A stretch of 64,000 bases of DNA from Klebsormidium nitens (lineage: Eukaryota > Plantae > Klebsormidiophyceae), in the NCBI GenBank assembly GCA_000708835.1, contig DF236960.1, positions 152,982 through 216,981 of the forward strand, written 5' to 3'. The notes under the pieces are model-generated. The model made no database searches and was not told the DNA's origin. It worked only from the letters and a program-made list of their open reading frames with translations. Below are positions 25,701 to 38,600 of this stretch, piece after piece (within the stretch, counting starts at the first letter, position 1; each line of letters opens with the position of its first letter). Position numbers and translations under genes: made by a program.

Positions 25701-28700
25701 ATCGAAGGACGACGGTTCGGGGGTTCCGACCCGCATTGGGGGGGTCGCGAATCCTGGGATGGGCACCCCCCCCGACTCTCTGGGGCTCTGCTTCGCCATC
25801 GCTTTCACCGCTCCAGGGGGGAAGCCCGACTGCTGAACCAGGGTTGTAGTAGGGGTGCTGGAGGGGGTGGGCGTGGAAAGCGCGCGCAAATCACCGTAGG
25901 GGGGTTCGGGGAAGGCTCTGCCGATACCCCCGAAACTGGCCGGGGTCGGTGTTGGGGTCCCTGTCTCGCTGAAGGGGGCTCCGCGAGGCGTGCCACTGAC
26001 CCCACCAAAGCTGGCCGCATCATCACGGGGGGCGTTGCTGACCCCCCCGAAGCTGGCGAAAGGGGACGGTTCTGGGCTCTGCTCGCCCCAACGCCGAGGG
26101 ATCTCTGGAGAGGGGGAGCGCTCAAGTTGAGGAAGCGGCCGCTCTGGTTTGGAGGCAGGTTCATCCACTGGACTCTCTGACCGTTGAGTTGTTATCGGAT
26201 CCTGAGGTTTGCGCCCCACGTCTGCAGCAATGACGTCACCTACCAGATACCCTGGCTGCTTCGATTCGAAAGCACTAGCCCCGGTTTCCGCAACTCTGCC
26301 CGGCGCAGCAAGTAGGCCTGATCCGGCTTCTGGAGCCGCCAACCCACCAGGGAAGTCTGTGCCCTCCTGTCCAAAGCTTCTGGCGGCTTTCTCCTGGAGA
26401 AAGCCGCCAATCTCTAGAGCCGTCTCCCCGCGCCCGGGAGACTGGACAACCTCCATCGTCACCTCGTCATCATCCTCCAGATCCCCCCAGACCGCCGTCT
26501 TGCTGGCCGCAAACTCATCTCGCAGCCCCGGTTCGCGTAAAAGCTCCCCTTGTTCCACAACGACCGGGCGTCTGGCAGCCTCGCTCTTCGATTCTGCTGC
26601 ACCAGCCGAGCCCGTGGCTTGCCCCGTTTCACCAAGCGGTTCGACGGAGGTTTCCGGCCTTTCCAAAGGCACTTCCGCACTTCGAGCAACGCCCCTTTCC
26701 CCCTGCGCACTCGGCGGCCAAGTTGGCTCTCCAAGCGAAGTCAGCTTCTGCGCTGCGGGCTCCTCCGACACCCCTGACACCGCCCCTCCCGCCGCTAGTT
26801 GCTCCAAAGCCCTGATTCGCGCTGACACGGACCCCCTAAGAATGGGGACCCCTCTCTCTTCCTTGAGTGCCACCTCGCCACCGGGAGGATCGACTGGCAG
26901 CTTTGGGTCGGCTCCCACCGGATCCACCAAAGCTCTACGATCTGCAGCCCCAGGGTTGAAGGCTGCCGAAACGGGTAGGTCCGGAGGTGCCACACTGAAG
27001 ACTCTGGTGCTCTCAGCAGCCCTTTGGGGGATCCCTTCCTCAGCAATTCCCAGGGGACCCCATGCTGAAGGCTGAGAGTTGGGCGCCGACGACGAATCTT
27101 CCAAAACCCCGCTGGGAACTGTCGCCACATCTTCCTTGTTCTGCGCCGTCACATTACCAGTGACCCGCTGCTCAGAAGCCCCTGCGGCAGACTCACGCGC
27201 CTCGCCATCTGCCGCTCCCACTGGACCAGCTCTCGGCTGCGCCGCTTCCGTTTCCGCTGATGTCTCCTCAACACCAGGTGCACTCAGCCCCTCCGTTTGC
27301 GCCGTCCCTTCTTCATCCACAGCGTTAGCACGCTCAACGTCGTTTGCTGCCTGGTGGCCTACTTCCCCGCCCCTTGCAACTGGCATCTCAGGTCCGAGCT
27401 CTTTTCCCGAGACTCCCCGTCTGACAGCCTCACCCTCGGACGATTCCACCGCGCCGAGCTCCGCCCCCGCTTTCCCCGTGACTGCTTCAGGTCTCTCTGT
27501 CCCATGCTTGGCTGCTGCTCCTCCTGCCGTTTGCCCAACGACCGGCACCTCCACAGCTCGCTTCTGCTCGAGGGACTTGACCTCTGCTTTTTCGGCACCC
27601 CTCTCATCCGGCATCCCCAGGGCTCGCTCCTGCTTCACAGATTCGACTTCCGCTTCCTCTCCCGCTGCTGAAGGTCCCAAAGAACTTGCCCGCTGAGAAG
27701 ACGAATCCCCGAACCCCTCCCCAGACTCCGTCCACCCAGGCGGAGGCTCCTCCTCTTTCACAGAGCCAGCCCACGAGACGTCATCGGATTCGTCTCGCTC
27801 TAGTTGCCCCGGCTGTGCCTCCTGCGCCCCTGCTGCTGCCTTTGACACTCGCTGCGCGTCCAGACCCGGGGCTGCCCTCTCCTCCCTTGATGGTGTCGGC
27901 TCTCCCTTGGCCCCCTTGCGCCCGAAGAGCGACTTGAACCGCTTCCACTGGCTGGACTTCGACTTTTTTGACGTCCCTGAGCCTGCTTCGCTGGCTTCGT
28001 CACCCTTAGAGCGTCCAGCGGTTGCTGCCACTCCGACCCCGGCTCCCGCTGCACCCACCGCTGCAACCGTCTGAAGCACCGTCGGTCCAACCGCAGCCGC
28101 TTCGGGGGCCCTGCTACTGGAGACCTATAACGAAGAGGTAACGAGGTCGAAAATAAGTTCCGTTTCTATTGGACATCCTACTTCAACCGACAACTGCTTT
28201 GCCGCAGAACAGAGGCTTGTGGAACACAATCTGCAGCTAATAAGGGCTGAGTGGCTTCAGTAAGAAGGCAGGTCTTGTCAGTCCATCATCCACCATAATG
28301 TTCCGATTCAGATCAAAATGTGGAAAATTTGCAGCAAAACAGAACCGAAATGGTTTCCCACACAAACCGGATAGACATATCGTTGATATCCTGTTGCGTC
28401 TTGGGTTCTCCATCTCTGTGGACTGTTTGGTCTTCATTGGTCAAAGCTAAGCAGTCACGCATGTAACATCAAAGGACTTTTCTAAAAGGCAATTTCTGGT
28501 GATCAAGATGAATGCAAACAAGTAGCACACTGTGGCTCACCTTCTCTTTCACGGGCTCTTTCTGCTCCGGAATCGCTTCGCCTCCCCCCGTCCGATCAGT
28601 CACCGCTCCTATTCCGGGGACTGCTGACAGCGAGGCAGAGGCCGCTGTTTCTGGGGTTAGCAGAGGGTTAGTGGGCGGGTTTGGACCTGGTAGCGACTTC

Positions 28701-31700
28701 CCTCCTGCAGCCCCCTCTGTGACCCCCGCCTCTGCTCCTTCCCTCACAACGCTGGGCTCCGACTTTCCAAGCTTGAGCACCTGCGGGACCGGCTCCGCAA
28801 AGTTCTTCGCCCCTAGTTCGCTGCCGGGCTTCTCTGAGGCTGGTTTGCTGGCAATTGCTGTTGTCGAGTTGCCCGCACCGAGTTCCTTGCCCTCCAACAT
28901 TTCCAGTGTCGCAACTCCCGGGCCTGGTTTGTTGCTCTCCACAGTCTCGGCGGCAGAATCCCCTGCTCCTCGTCCCCCCGTAGAAAAACCGGTCGCCTCT
29001 TTCCCTGCGTGCTTTAAATCCCCGATAGCAGAGTCGCCGGTGCCTACTTCCGTTTGCCTAACAACTTTGCTGGAGGGAGCAATGGCAACCCCATCTTCAG
29101 CCACCCGCTTCGCCACAACGACTCCAACAGGTCCAGGCCCAGTTTCTGGAGTAGCCCTCCCCTCCACGTTCGAAGCAAGGCCTTCTGACCTTCCCTCCGA
29201 AGCAACGCCCTTCGAACCCCCTTCCGAAACGAACGCTTCTGGGCCTCCCGCAGGAGGAACGGCTCTTGGAACCCCCTCTTGGACAACAACCGTCTGGTCT
29301 TGGCCGACTCCCTCCGCCCACCCCGTGACAGGGGGCTCGGTAGCCGCCAGGCTGCCTGGCGCGCTTGGCCCCCCCGCGGTGTGAACTCCTTCCAACATGC
29401 CAGCACCTGCACCCTTCACTTCTGGAGGAATATTTACACTACGTGCCCCAGCACCTGCAAGCCGAAGTTCCGGTGCCTCTCCAGCGATGTCCGCAGGGTC
29501 CACAGACTCGGCCAGATCCTCTGAGCGGGTCCCCGTGAAATCTCTTCCCCCCGCCAATGCTTGGGCAACTGTTCCCGAGCTACCGGGCGGCTCCATCCCT
29601 TGGCTCCGGAAGAAGGCAGTGTTAACAGGCCCCAGGGACGCACTCAGACGTCCTCGGTTCTCAGCAGGGCTCTTGACACCGCCGCTTGCCTCCTCAGACG
29701 CACCCTGCCCCTCTGTCTCGACCGCAAGGAGGCGGGGTGTTGTTAACTCTCCTGGCGCGTGCACTTCCATCTCCTCATCAACAGAAGCAAGCGCGCTGGA
29801 GGATCCCCAGGGGTCAAAAGGCTCATCCACGTCTAGTTCGCTTGAGGGGGGGCTTTCAGGAGCACTGGCTGGCCTTAGTTGACGGTCGCTGGAGACTTCC
29901 ACGGCTGGGCCGTTTGGACTCGGGGTGGTGTTAACGGGCCTAAGAGGTGCGATTGTAACGGGTGGATACGTCTGCTGACCCGTACTCGCCGTCTCTACAA
30001 ATCGTAGTTCTCTGGACACACCTGGAGGTTGCATCCCCTGGCTCGCAAAGAATGCGGTGTTGACCGGCCCCAAGCGAGTGCCTAAGCTCTGCCCATCCTG
30101 CCTGACGCTGCGAGATGTTTCTGTGGGGCCTGTGGACTGGTTTAGGGAGGTTGGTGTTAAGTCGCTGGGAGCGCTGCTTGGGGGCCGTCCGGAGACCATC
30201 ATCTTGACGTCCTCTTGAGAAGAGAAGGAGGCTCTTGGTGCAGCAGACGGGAAGCGGGGTGCTGGGGATTCAAGGCGGGGGGCTGCTAGGCGGGCCTTTA
30301 CTTTCGCTGCAGATAAAAGACGGGCGATCAGAAGAAGGTAAGATGCGAAAGTTGGATTATCAGGCATCTTTGATCATGGGAGCCCTTGGAAGGATCAGAG
30401 GCTGGCAAAGCAACATGACAAGGCAAGAGAGCTCCCGCACTGTACGCCGGAAGCCAGCACGGCTTCCAAAAACTCATGACAAGAAAGAATGACGCCAAAC
30501 AACGAGACTCTAAAACCTGATCCGTGGAAACAAAAGCAAGAAACCTGAGGTCAAGGCAAATCCATTCTTTCGAAACCGTCATACACGACCTAGGCTTTTC
30601 TTGACCACCGACAACATCCTGACCACCGAAAGCAAAGGACCAAAACTTTACTGAACCATAAAACAATGCGCAGCTCAAGTTCATAACCTGGAAACCAGGC
30701 ATCTCACCTCCCACCGAGGCCCCCGCATCATCTGCGCTGTCGTTGATGCCCAGTGAAAAGTACCCCGCGGTCCCAGCAGCTCTCCTCGCAGCCTCGTCGA
30801 TGCCGGGCGACTTCGCTTCTGCCGCTGAAGTAGTCTCCGACTTCCCGCTGTCATTGATCCCCAAAGAAACATATTCCCCCGCCTCGGCGCCGCCTTCAAA
30901 GCTGAGCGCCTCGCCCACAGCCTTGGCAGCAAAAGCTGCCCCGGTCGTCCTTTGCACCCCCCCCGACCGGGTTGCGCCCCCTGCGGCTTTCGGAAGCCCA
31001 ATTTCCGAGCTGAGCGACTCCTCCGGAACCAGTCTTCCGCGCAGGCTTCCCGCACTAGGTTCTGAGTCCAGGGGCTGGGTTTGTGGGCCAGCAACACTTT
31101 CTGCGGACGGCTCAGAGTGGGGTCCCAGCTCCTGAGATGTGTTGGGGCTTGCAGGGTTGGAACTGCAAGTACGAGGAGAAAGAAGGGTCAATGAATCATG
31201 GTTGTCTTGGATCAGGGCCCTCCAAGGGGGGGTAAGTTCGAGTCCTCAAGAAGGAACATATCAGGCAGCCTGCTGATGACATGGCATGCCAATCCCATGT
31301 GCCAGCGTCCAAAAGTCTTGGGTTTCAGAAGGCCGTTTCTTGGACTATTGACGTTGTTCTTCGAAGCTACCAGCCAATTCGGGTGAGCCAGCCCTTTGAT
31401 CAACAATTGGACTTACTTCAAAAGCCTGGTCTTCGAAAATGTTACCTTTCCATTTTGAAAAGGCGTACATGAAGAGCTCTTCAAGGTCAGGTGCAGCCTC
31501 TCAACCATCTGCCCTACAGTACCACCTCACTGGTACTTCACAAAAGAAGCACGGCTATATCGCTTCACTTTGCGCGTTCAGACACTCACCCTTCCTGCGA
31601 GCGCCTCCGCCCAAAGGGCCACCATCCAAATGCAGGTCGCGGCTCCTCCTTGCGCGGCTCCGGCTTCGTCTCGTCATGAATGATGACCTCATCTTCCTCG

Positions 31701-32332
31701 TCCAGCATTCCAGCCTCCCCCATCCACATCATCACCTCCCTCGAACTAGACCGGCCCCCAATCGAAGACGACCGAACTGACGGAGACACCCCCTCGTGAG
31801 CCCCCCACTTGCGGACAAATGTGTAATCCTCCTCCTCGTTTGCAAGTGGGTCCAATCCCGCCAGGGGGCCAGAATACCTGCGAGGGGACCCCACCGAAAC
31901 TGTGCGGCGGAAGTCTGGAGAGGATGCGCTTCCCACAAGGGCTCCGGCTGGGGGGGATCCCCCCTCCTCCGGCGGTCTCAGACCCTCCGCTTTGATGAAC
32001 CCCGAGAGGTCCTGTGAGCGCAGCGTCGAGTCAAGGGATCCCCTCCGGAAGAGCATGTCAAACGCGGGCCGCGCGGAAAAGAACCGCTCCAGCCCCGCCG
32101 GCGCGGGCTTCTCTTCCGGGGGGACCGGACTGGCTGTGATCTCCGGGGGCGGAAAGTCAGGCTGGTAGGTGAACCCTTCCAGGTTCTGCCGGTCGGGTGA
32201 GGCATAGCCCTCACGGCTCGGCGTCGCTCCGAAGGCCTCCCCAACAGAGGCAAAACTAGACTCGCGGCTGAGCCTGTCCCCCGCGGACTTGAACGATGAT
32301 TCCCTTTCGAGTTGGCCCCCGGGGGGGTCCAT
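10785..32332 (-). CDS. Giant (~5,230 aa) intrinsically disordered A/G/S/E/P-rich protein of unknown function, 12 exons
   Basis: Minus-strand exons 32332-31590, 31162-30708, 30306-28541, 28124-25350, 24831-24165, 23674-19436, 18465-18310, 17903-17786, 17137-16392, 15864-14551, 14061-12385, 11830-10785. All are GT-AG and the phases chain without a break (15,702 nt). An in-frame stop lies upstream of ATG 32332. Exons coincide with the long ORFs of the track. The exon 8 acceptor is the least certain. Confidence 0.8.
13800..13880 (-). repeat. Coding 21-nt repeat (VETVE(A/G)N)x3
   Basis: ctcaacgttcgcctcgacggt units; protein IETVEANVETVEGNVETVEANVEK. Confidence 0.85.
14690..14960 (-). repeat. Coding tandem repeats in giant-gene exon 10: (LTAGAAAAGV)x6 and (TGPVQxEEPAxxAETPGVG)x2
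   Basis: 30-33-nt units cagctgtcagcac(g/c)cc... on the + strand; visible in ORF 14498..15670. Confidence 0.85.
17111..17580 (-). repeat. ~140-bp tandem array made from the acceptor region of giant-gene exon 9
   Basis: GCAGCCGCTTTGCGCTCCCTGATT at 17111 (real exon), 17248 and 17392, with a partial copy at 17538. Inter-repeat sequence is also homologous (atgcaaacgtaagcg; atggtcag..aacagaa). Confidence 0.9.
18570..19265 (-). repeat. Up to four decayed copies of the start of giant-gene exon 7
   Basis: The real exon start (+ strand) GAGGCGAGGGGTCCTCGGTGATTGGCGGCCGGGACTAGCAGAAC|CTGAG recurs degenerately at ~18580, ~18750, ~19050 (SPGRQSPR retained) and weakly at ~19200. Confidence 0.7.
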
Positions 32333-35300
32333 CGGGAGAATCAGAAGTATCTACTTGGCTATGAGTGACCTGCAAAGGGGGTGGCGCACATGTTACGTCA
32401 GGTGGTGTAATGTTTTGGAAAGGGGATGATTCATATCTTGACAATCTTGACTTAGATAGCTTGTACGGTGGGTAGCGGGGACAACTGCGTTGCCCATGCA
32501 AACATCCGGCCAGTGTTTGTATCAAGTGCAGGTGTTAAGAGTTTTCCAAAAAGCGCCGCGGATTGGAGGAGTCTCCCATAATGCAAAAACGCCACATACC
32601 TGTGGCCACTCAGGCGCTCAGTAAATGGAAGATCTTGGGTTGTCGATGGCCTCTTGGATCTAACTTCTAAGTTCCAAGTCCTCAATCTCAACCCACTTAT
32701 ATCAAGAGTATCAGAAAACCTCCGCCGCAAGCTTCAATATGCTCAGCAACAATAGCGATGAAGATTCAATTGCAACGGATTGAATGGCAGACCACTTCCC
32801 AAGTTTGCTTGATGCTGATTGAACCCAACATGGTCCAGGATGAAGGCTGCTGAAGGCATTTGGCCCGGTAGTGGTAGTTTGGAGGGCACAATTTGATACT
32901 CTCTTTGAGGGTGCAACAAGAAAAGTTTGCTTGCAGGGAACTCATGCATCTCAAATCCCCACGTCCTGGAATACCCGCGCAGTTATTTCAGTGACGCGGC
33001 ACAAAATTCCAGAATACCTGCTAAATACGTGAACATGCTTGTGTCACAGCCATCTTCTAAGTTTTATGATTGAAAGGGAGCACATACGTCTGCATTTTCA
33101 GAGATGATGAACCAAACAACGGGAGCAAATGGGAGCTTACCTTTCACCTGCAAGCAGGCATACTTAGGCTCCTCCTAGCAGTCCATCGCGGGCAGGCTGA
33201 TAGTCAACCCTGGGAGATAAAACACAGGAAGGGTCACAAAGAGCTGTCGCAATCTATCCATTTTCAAAATAATAATGCCTGTGGCAAAAGGAGGAAAGGG
33301 AAGGCAAGACCATGTGCTTCATCAAGTTGCAGTCTGGACTCTGCAGGACAGCAGAGTCTGAGCCCAACCACGCTAAGTAGTCAACGTGCAGAGACCGAGA
33401 CTTTTCCTTTAGCTGGTAGTTCTCAAACCATGGGAAAGCAGATGTTTCGTATCTGACGCCCTGCGTTGTCTGCAGACCAGAGCTGCATACAAGCGCTGCA
33501 ATCTCTTTTAGCCAAGCAGCCATAACAACAAGCAAGCTTTTACCATAAACATGCAGCCTGCATTGACGTGCACATGGCAAGCTTGCGAAGCTACTCTGCA
33601 AGCAAAGCGGCCATTAGAAGAAACAAGCATCCACGTTCTGACCTCCGAGATGCAAAGACCTGCCTGAGTACCACTCTGCAGTAAAGCACTGGTGCCGACA
33701 AAGGTGAGAAGACAGGATGGAAAAAGGTGTAACCTTTGTATCTAAACGCTCTTTTTTGGCCCTGTTCAACCACTAATGGAACAATGGATTTGGATGAGAA
33801 GATGCTCATCATTGATCTAAGCTGCTATAAAGAGCTCTGAGTCATACAAGCTGAGTCATTCTTTGGTAGTTTAATGCTTGTCAGGCGTAAGTTGTAGCAG
33901 TGCTACAAAATCTGAATTTGATTTAAGAAGCGAGCAATGCAAAAGACCAGGTGAGACCGGAAGACATTACGAAAGCTTCCTACGGGCTAAAGGACAAAGA
34001 GAATGCAATGTCATTGAAGCTGCTAGAATGCCAGACTCTCCAATGAAAACAAGAGACCAGGATAGAAGCCTCGACGCCTTTGCTGAGTGCTTTTCAAGCA
34101 ACTGAGATAACAATTTTGCCGATATTCGCTGAGGTTTTGTGACCACACTCATAACCACCGGCGGTAGAGACCACAGTGCCCTTCCCAAAACAGGTGTGCA
34201 TTACACATCAGCACTATCCATTTCTGAATTTCTTGAACCATCAAGATGGAATGTACCAAAAGAAAATGCAAGGACTCTTCCCAAGGATGGCTAGCTCACG
34301 CTGTTCCAGTTTGAATGTCAGCGCTTGAACGACAGTCCGGAGACTTTGGAAGCTCGATTTCGTGCTGTACTCAAGCCCTGCACACGATGTGGCCCTGGTT
34401 TTTTGATTTCAATATCCTCTTTGCTCTACGTGACAACAGCTCCATTTCAAAGGGTCCAAGAGTTGCGGGAGGGCGATGCATACACCAATGTGGGTGCAGG
34501 TGAGCTTTGCCAATGCAGCACCGTGTCCTACTCGGACAAGGTGACAGGGCCTTGCATTCTCCCTGCTTTGGGTACGGTATGCCAAAGGCCAGCTGCAACT
34601 TTAGCCTGCTCAGTCGACTGGAGTCTGGAGAGCTTGCAAAGAAGCCGCCGGCGCCATAGCGCCCATATGATGCACAGATTTGAAGTCCGAGGGAAATTCC
34701 GGCGACAATCAGAACTCTAGCTTAGCATATGTGGTCGCTCAAAGATTGACAAAAGACACGCTTTCTTGGCCACCACGCCGCTTCTGACCACCGTGGTCCG
34801 TTTAATGGTCAAGGCTAGTCCGAAGAGGATGAGGACATTCTTGTCGCCAGGGTTTATAATGCCACCTGACTGAGGCTGAGGCCAGGGCCAGGCCCGGGGC
34901 CTGCTCCCCGTTTTCACTCACAACCGGTGCAGTCCTTTCCTCTGAAAGCTGATCCTCTACCGGTTTCCCACATGGTAACCCAGTAGAAGTAACTGGTTAC
35001 TGAAACCCGGCTCAAATCACTGTAAAAATGTCTGACCGTCCAATTCGTATAAGTGAACTTGAACCTTTGGATCATCAGTGCGAACTTGTCATCGCGTGCT
35101 GGAGTCTGGAGAGAATGTACTGACTCGCTCTAGTTCGAGCTCTCAGGTCTTCCGCAGGGAATGACAAACATCGATTGCAGGACTCAGGACCTGTGTCAGG
35201 TGTCAGGAGGGAGAGGCTGGAGGGAGAAGCTGGAGTGGAGAGAGAGGCAAAGGTGGCGACAAACAAGAAGAAATTGTTGTCTTCATGTGAAGTGATTCTT

Positions 35301-35661
35301 CCCTGTAGACGCTTGGTAGTAAAGCCTAAGGCGCAGTGCCGCGCTTCTTGAAACCTTTCCCCTTGGAAAAGGACCTGAAGAACAACAGTGTAGACATTGG
35401 GTTGACATTGGCAGCACATTGTTTAGTGAAGGCCTTGCAATGTTGGTCTACAAAATGCAGGTTGTGCTACATCTAGCAATGAGCAGCCTTTAGCATATGT
35501 CAAGTAGACTTCTGCGTCAATGATTTTTGGCATTCATTGCAAAAAGGGTGTGCAGAAGGCAGGCCCTGCACCTGCCACCTAGAAGCCAGCATTGACCAAC
35601 CTCCAACAATCTGTGTGCAACCAGCTTTTGCTGCATTGTGCTGCAATCTGAGGTCCCAGCT

Positions 35662-38600
35662 ATGTCTGCGGCTAAAGCCGCAGTCCAGGCATGCCGAGTG
35701 GGAATCAATCCTTTTGGTAACAGGCAGAGTCTCTCAGTGTCCAGTCACACTAGCACGCTCCCTCATCCCAAGCGCCGCCAATTGTCAAGGCAACAGTCTG
35801 CCTTTGCAAGCCTAGGTACCCACCAGTGGCAATGTGCATCTTCAGGGCGCCTTAATCTGGAAGCTGCTGGATTAAGCGAGGGGTTAGCGAAGCGAGATGC
35901 AGGAAGATTCAGCCAGTGGTGGGGAGGCAGGGAATGTCAGGGACGAAATGAGGGTCGGAGGAGGCCTGCATGCGTGGGCGCCTCGGCAGAAGGACAACAA
36001 ACAAATGAGGTAAAAGATCGAAAACTCGTTGACTGGTATATGAGCACGCCTAAAGAGTGCTTCGCGGACTGGTGGTTGCCCTTGCTATGTACGAGATGTG
36101 AAGTTGACAATGTGAAACCAATGTTTGTTCTTTTTCATGCCCAATCGTTGCTTTTTTTGTTCCTTTTGGATTGCCACTTGGATAAGGAGTCCAAGCGCTC
36201 AAGGTTGACACAACCAAATGAGTTGGAAGTGGAGGCTCCATCTCTCCGTTCCATTTTATCAACAATCAATGTGCGATCAATGTGCGGGTATCTGGCGCTC
36301 ATTTCAGAGCCAGCCTTTGCACCTTTACCAAATTGACAGGGCTGCGCATTTGACAAAAGAACAGGTTGGTGGCGCCTGACCAATGGAAGTTCGCTCTGTT
36401 TCATTGTCCTTATTGGCTGTTTGGACGCAGACATGAGCCTGGTGGAGTATAACACGTCAGGATGATGCAAGTGCCTGTACCTTCGTTGTTCAAAGGTCCA
36501 TTGTTTTGTTCCGCGCTGTGCATTCCATCATAGGCTGCATTGGTCATGGTACATTTCGGTTTTTAAAATGGATGTTGCATCCGGTCAATCTTGGAACATA
36601 CAGTTTCTGCTCTGACCTCGTCACCTTGACATGTTGCCCTGAATAAACAGTGCAATTTGTTCTCTGACATTCACCTCAGAACGCCTTTTAAGTCACCATC
36701 TTTTAGTTTGATTTGATATGGTGATAACCACTCTGCGGCGTTGTACCTGTGGCAGCATCCTGGCCAGTAATCAGGTGGCCGTCTGTTCGGGCATTGCTGT
36801 GATTGGGCCGTATTCCATCGCTGAAACCAAACCGGCGTCCTGTGTCTGGCCGCCTGTTTGGAGTACAGCATTGGCTCAAACCTGCTGAAGAGTTCTACTT
36901 GGCTGTCTTTGTCGAGTGCAGCACGTCCCTGGTCTCATACCTGGCGATTCACCATGGTGACCTTGAATATCCTGATTGATCCCTGAAGAAATAATATCTC
37001 AAATTTTACTTCTGCGGCAATTGGGATTAGGAAGGAGGTTTAGCACGCGTCATAGCGAAACTATGTTGGGTTTTGAGTGTTAGCTTGGATCTTATCATCA
37101 CTTTACCTCTTCGCCAGTAGTCTAGATGATTGAACATCTGGCCACTGCTTGTCAAGAGCAGTCTCACAGAATCTCCTTAAAACGGTGCAGTCTTGGTACT
37201 GCACCTTCCGGATGGGCAGTGCTTGGTTAGGGATGCTTACTGGGCAGGTTGGGTAGTGTTCCTACACGTATCTGAGAAAACAGTCGTGGGCATAAAATTG
37301 CTACAAGTCTGGTGCCTTATCATCCACCACACATCGCTTGCCACCCCCTACAAGAGAGTCTCTTGGACTCCATAGTATGCCTTAAATGACGGGCCCGATT
37401 CCTCTCTCCCTTGTTACAGCTCTGTGTGACAATCAACTTGTTCCTGTCAATGGATATGTTGGATTGCTTATGCACCGAATCCCTCTTCCATCCAGCATCT
37501 GCACCGGTGGACCGACGCGAGCTGAGCAACTTCCATCGAAACTGTATCTATGCAGGTCGAACCTGTTGACCCAAGACACACTTTAGTTCAGCTCAATGTA
37601 AAACTGGTCGAATCCATCGACTTCAACTGAAGTAGATTGATTCTTATTCCAGGAACCACAGCCTGCAAAGGATTCCCCTCTGGAGGCAGTGACGGAGGCC
37701 GTCACCAAAAAAGCGCCCGCCGTCATCTCCAACCTAGCAAACCGCCTCATCTTCGGGACGCTTATCGGGGTCGTAGCCGGCTCGGTCGTCATCGCGGGGG
37801 GGTGGTGGTTCACACTCGTCCTGGCTGTGGTAAGAACCCCTTGATTGGAACGATTAGGAAGTGCCTTAGCACTGTACTGCCAATCGAATCCGCACCTCAA
37901 GTCTGCGAGTAATCTTAATCTAAAAGGTTTATGCTTTCGCACCGGCCAGATCAAACTATTTTGGTTTCCCTTCTTGCCCGTTTTGCCTGCTAAAAAGAGC
38001 CTTTTTGGGTCCACAAATCCTTCTTCTTTCATGTCAACGTTTCGACCAGGCAGCAAATAATGTCCTGAAATTCTCGACCTGGGGTAAACTAATTATTTTC
38101 TATGTGGATTCACAGTGGCGGTACGGTATGAGCTTTTGTGCATGTCATGGGCAAGGCTGTCATTGAGACGGGTACTGTGCACTGCGCTTCAGATGTATGC
38201 TACGGCTGTAGATAGCAAGGAATGTCTCGGTTCTTGCACTAGGCAGTGTTTGCCAGCGCCGTTACACCGCTCACTCCTGCCAAATAATCTCGGGATCGCC
38301 CTGAAACTGGTTTCCACACTCGCAATCAGGCCGATCTGGGGCTCATGACGAAATTGATGCTCCGAGATGACCTTCCTGCGGGCACAAGTGACTGGAACTC
38401 AAGAGTGTTTCGACTTGGCGAAGAGTAGAGTCATGGAGAAGGGCGCGTTTGCGATGAAACCCATCCTTGCGGCATCCAGAGAGGATAAGATTCGTGCAAT
38501 ACCTGCAGGTTCAAGTGATTGGGAGTCAAGAGTACTTCAAGGTGGTGAAGAGTAAAGCCATGGTAAAGGACTCTTTTAAGACCAAAACGAATCGAGATCA

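Noticed and set aside
10814-31135. Many long + strand ORFs (e.g. 10814..11785, 14490..15647, 19777..20949, 21457..22719, 26209..27075, 28512..29384)
   Set aside because: They are antisense shadows of the GC-rich minus-strand exons: S/P/A-rich mirror translations with no independent splice or start signals.
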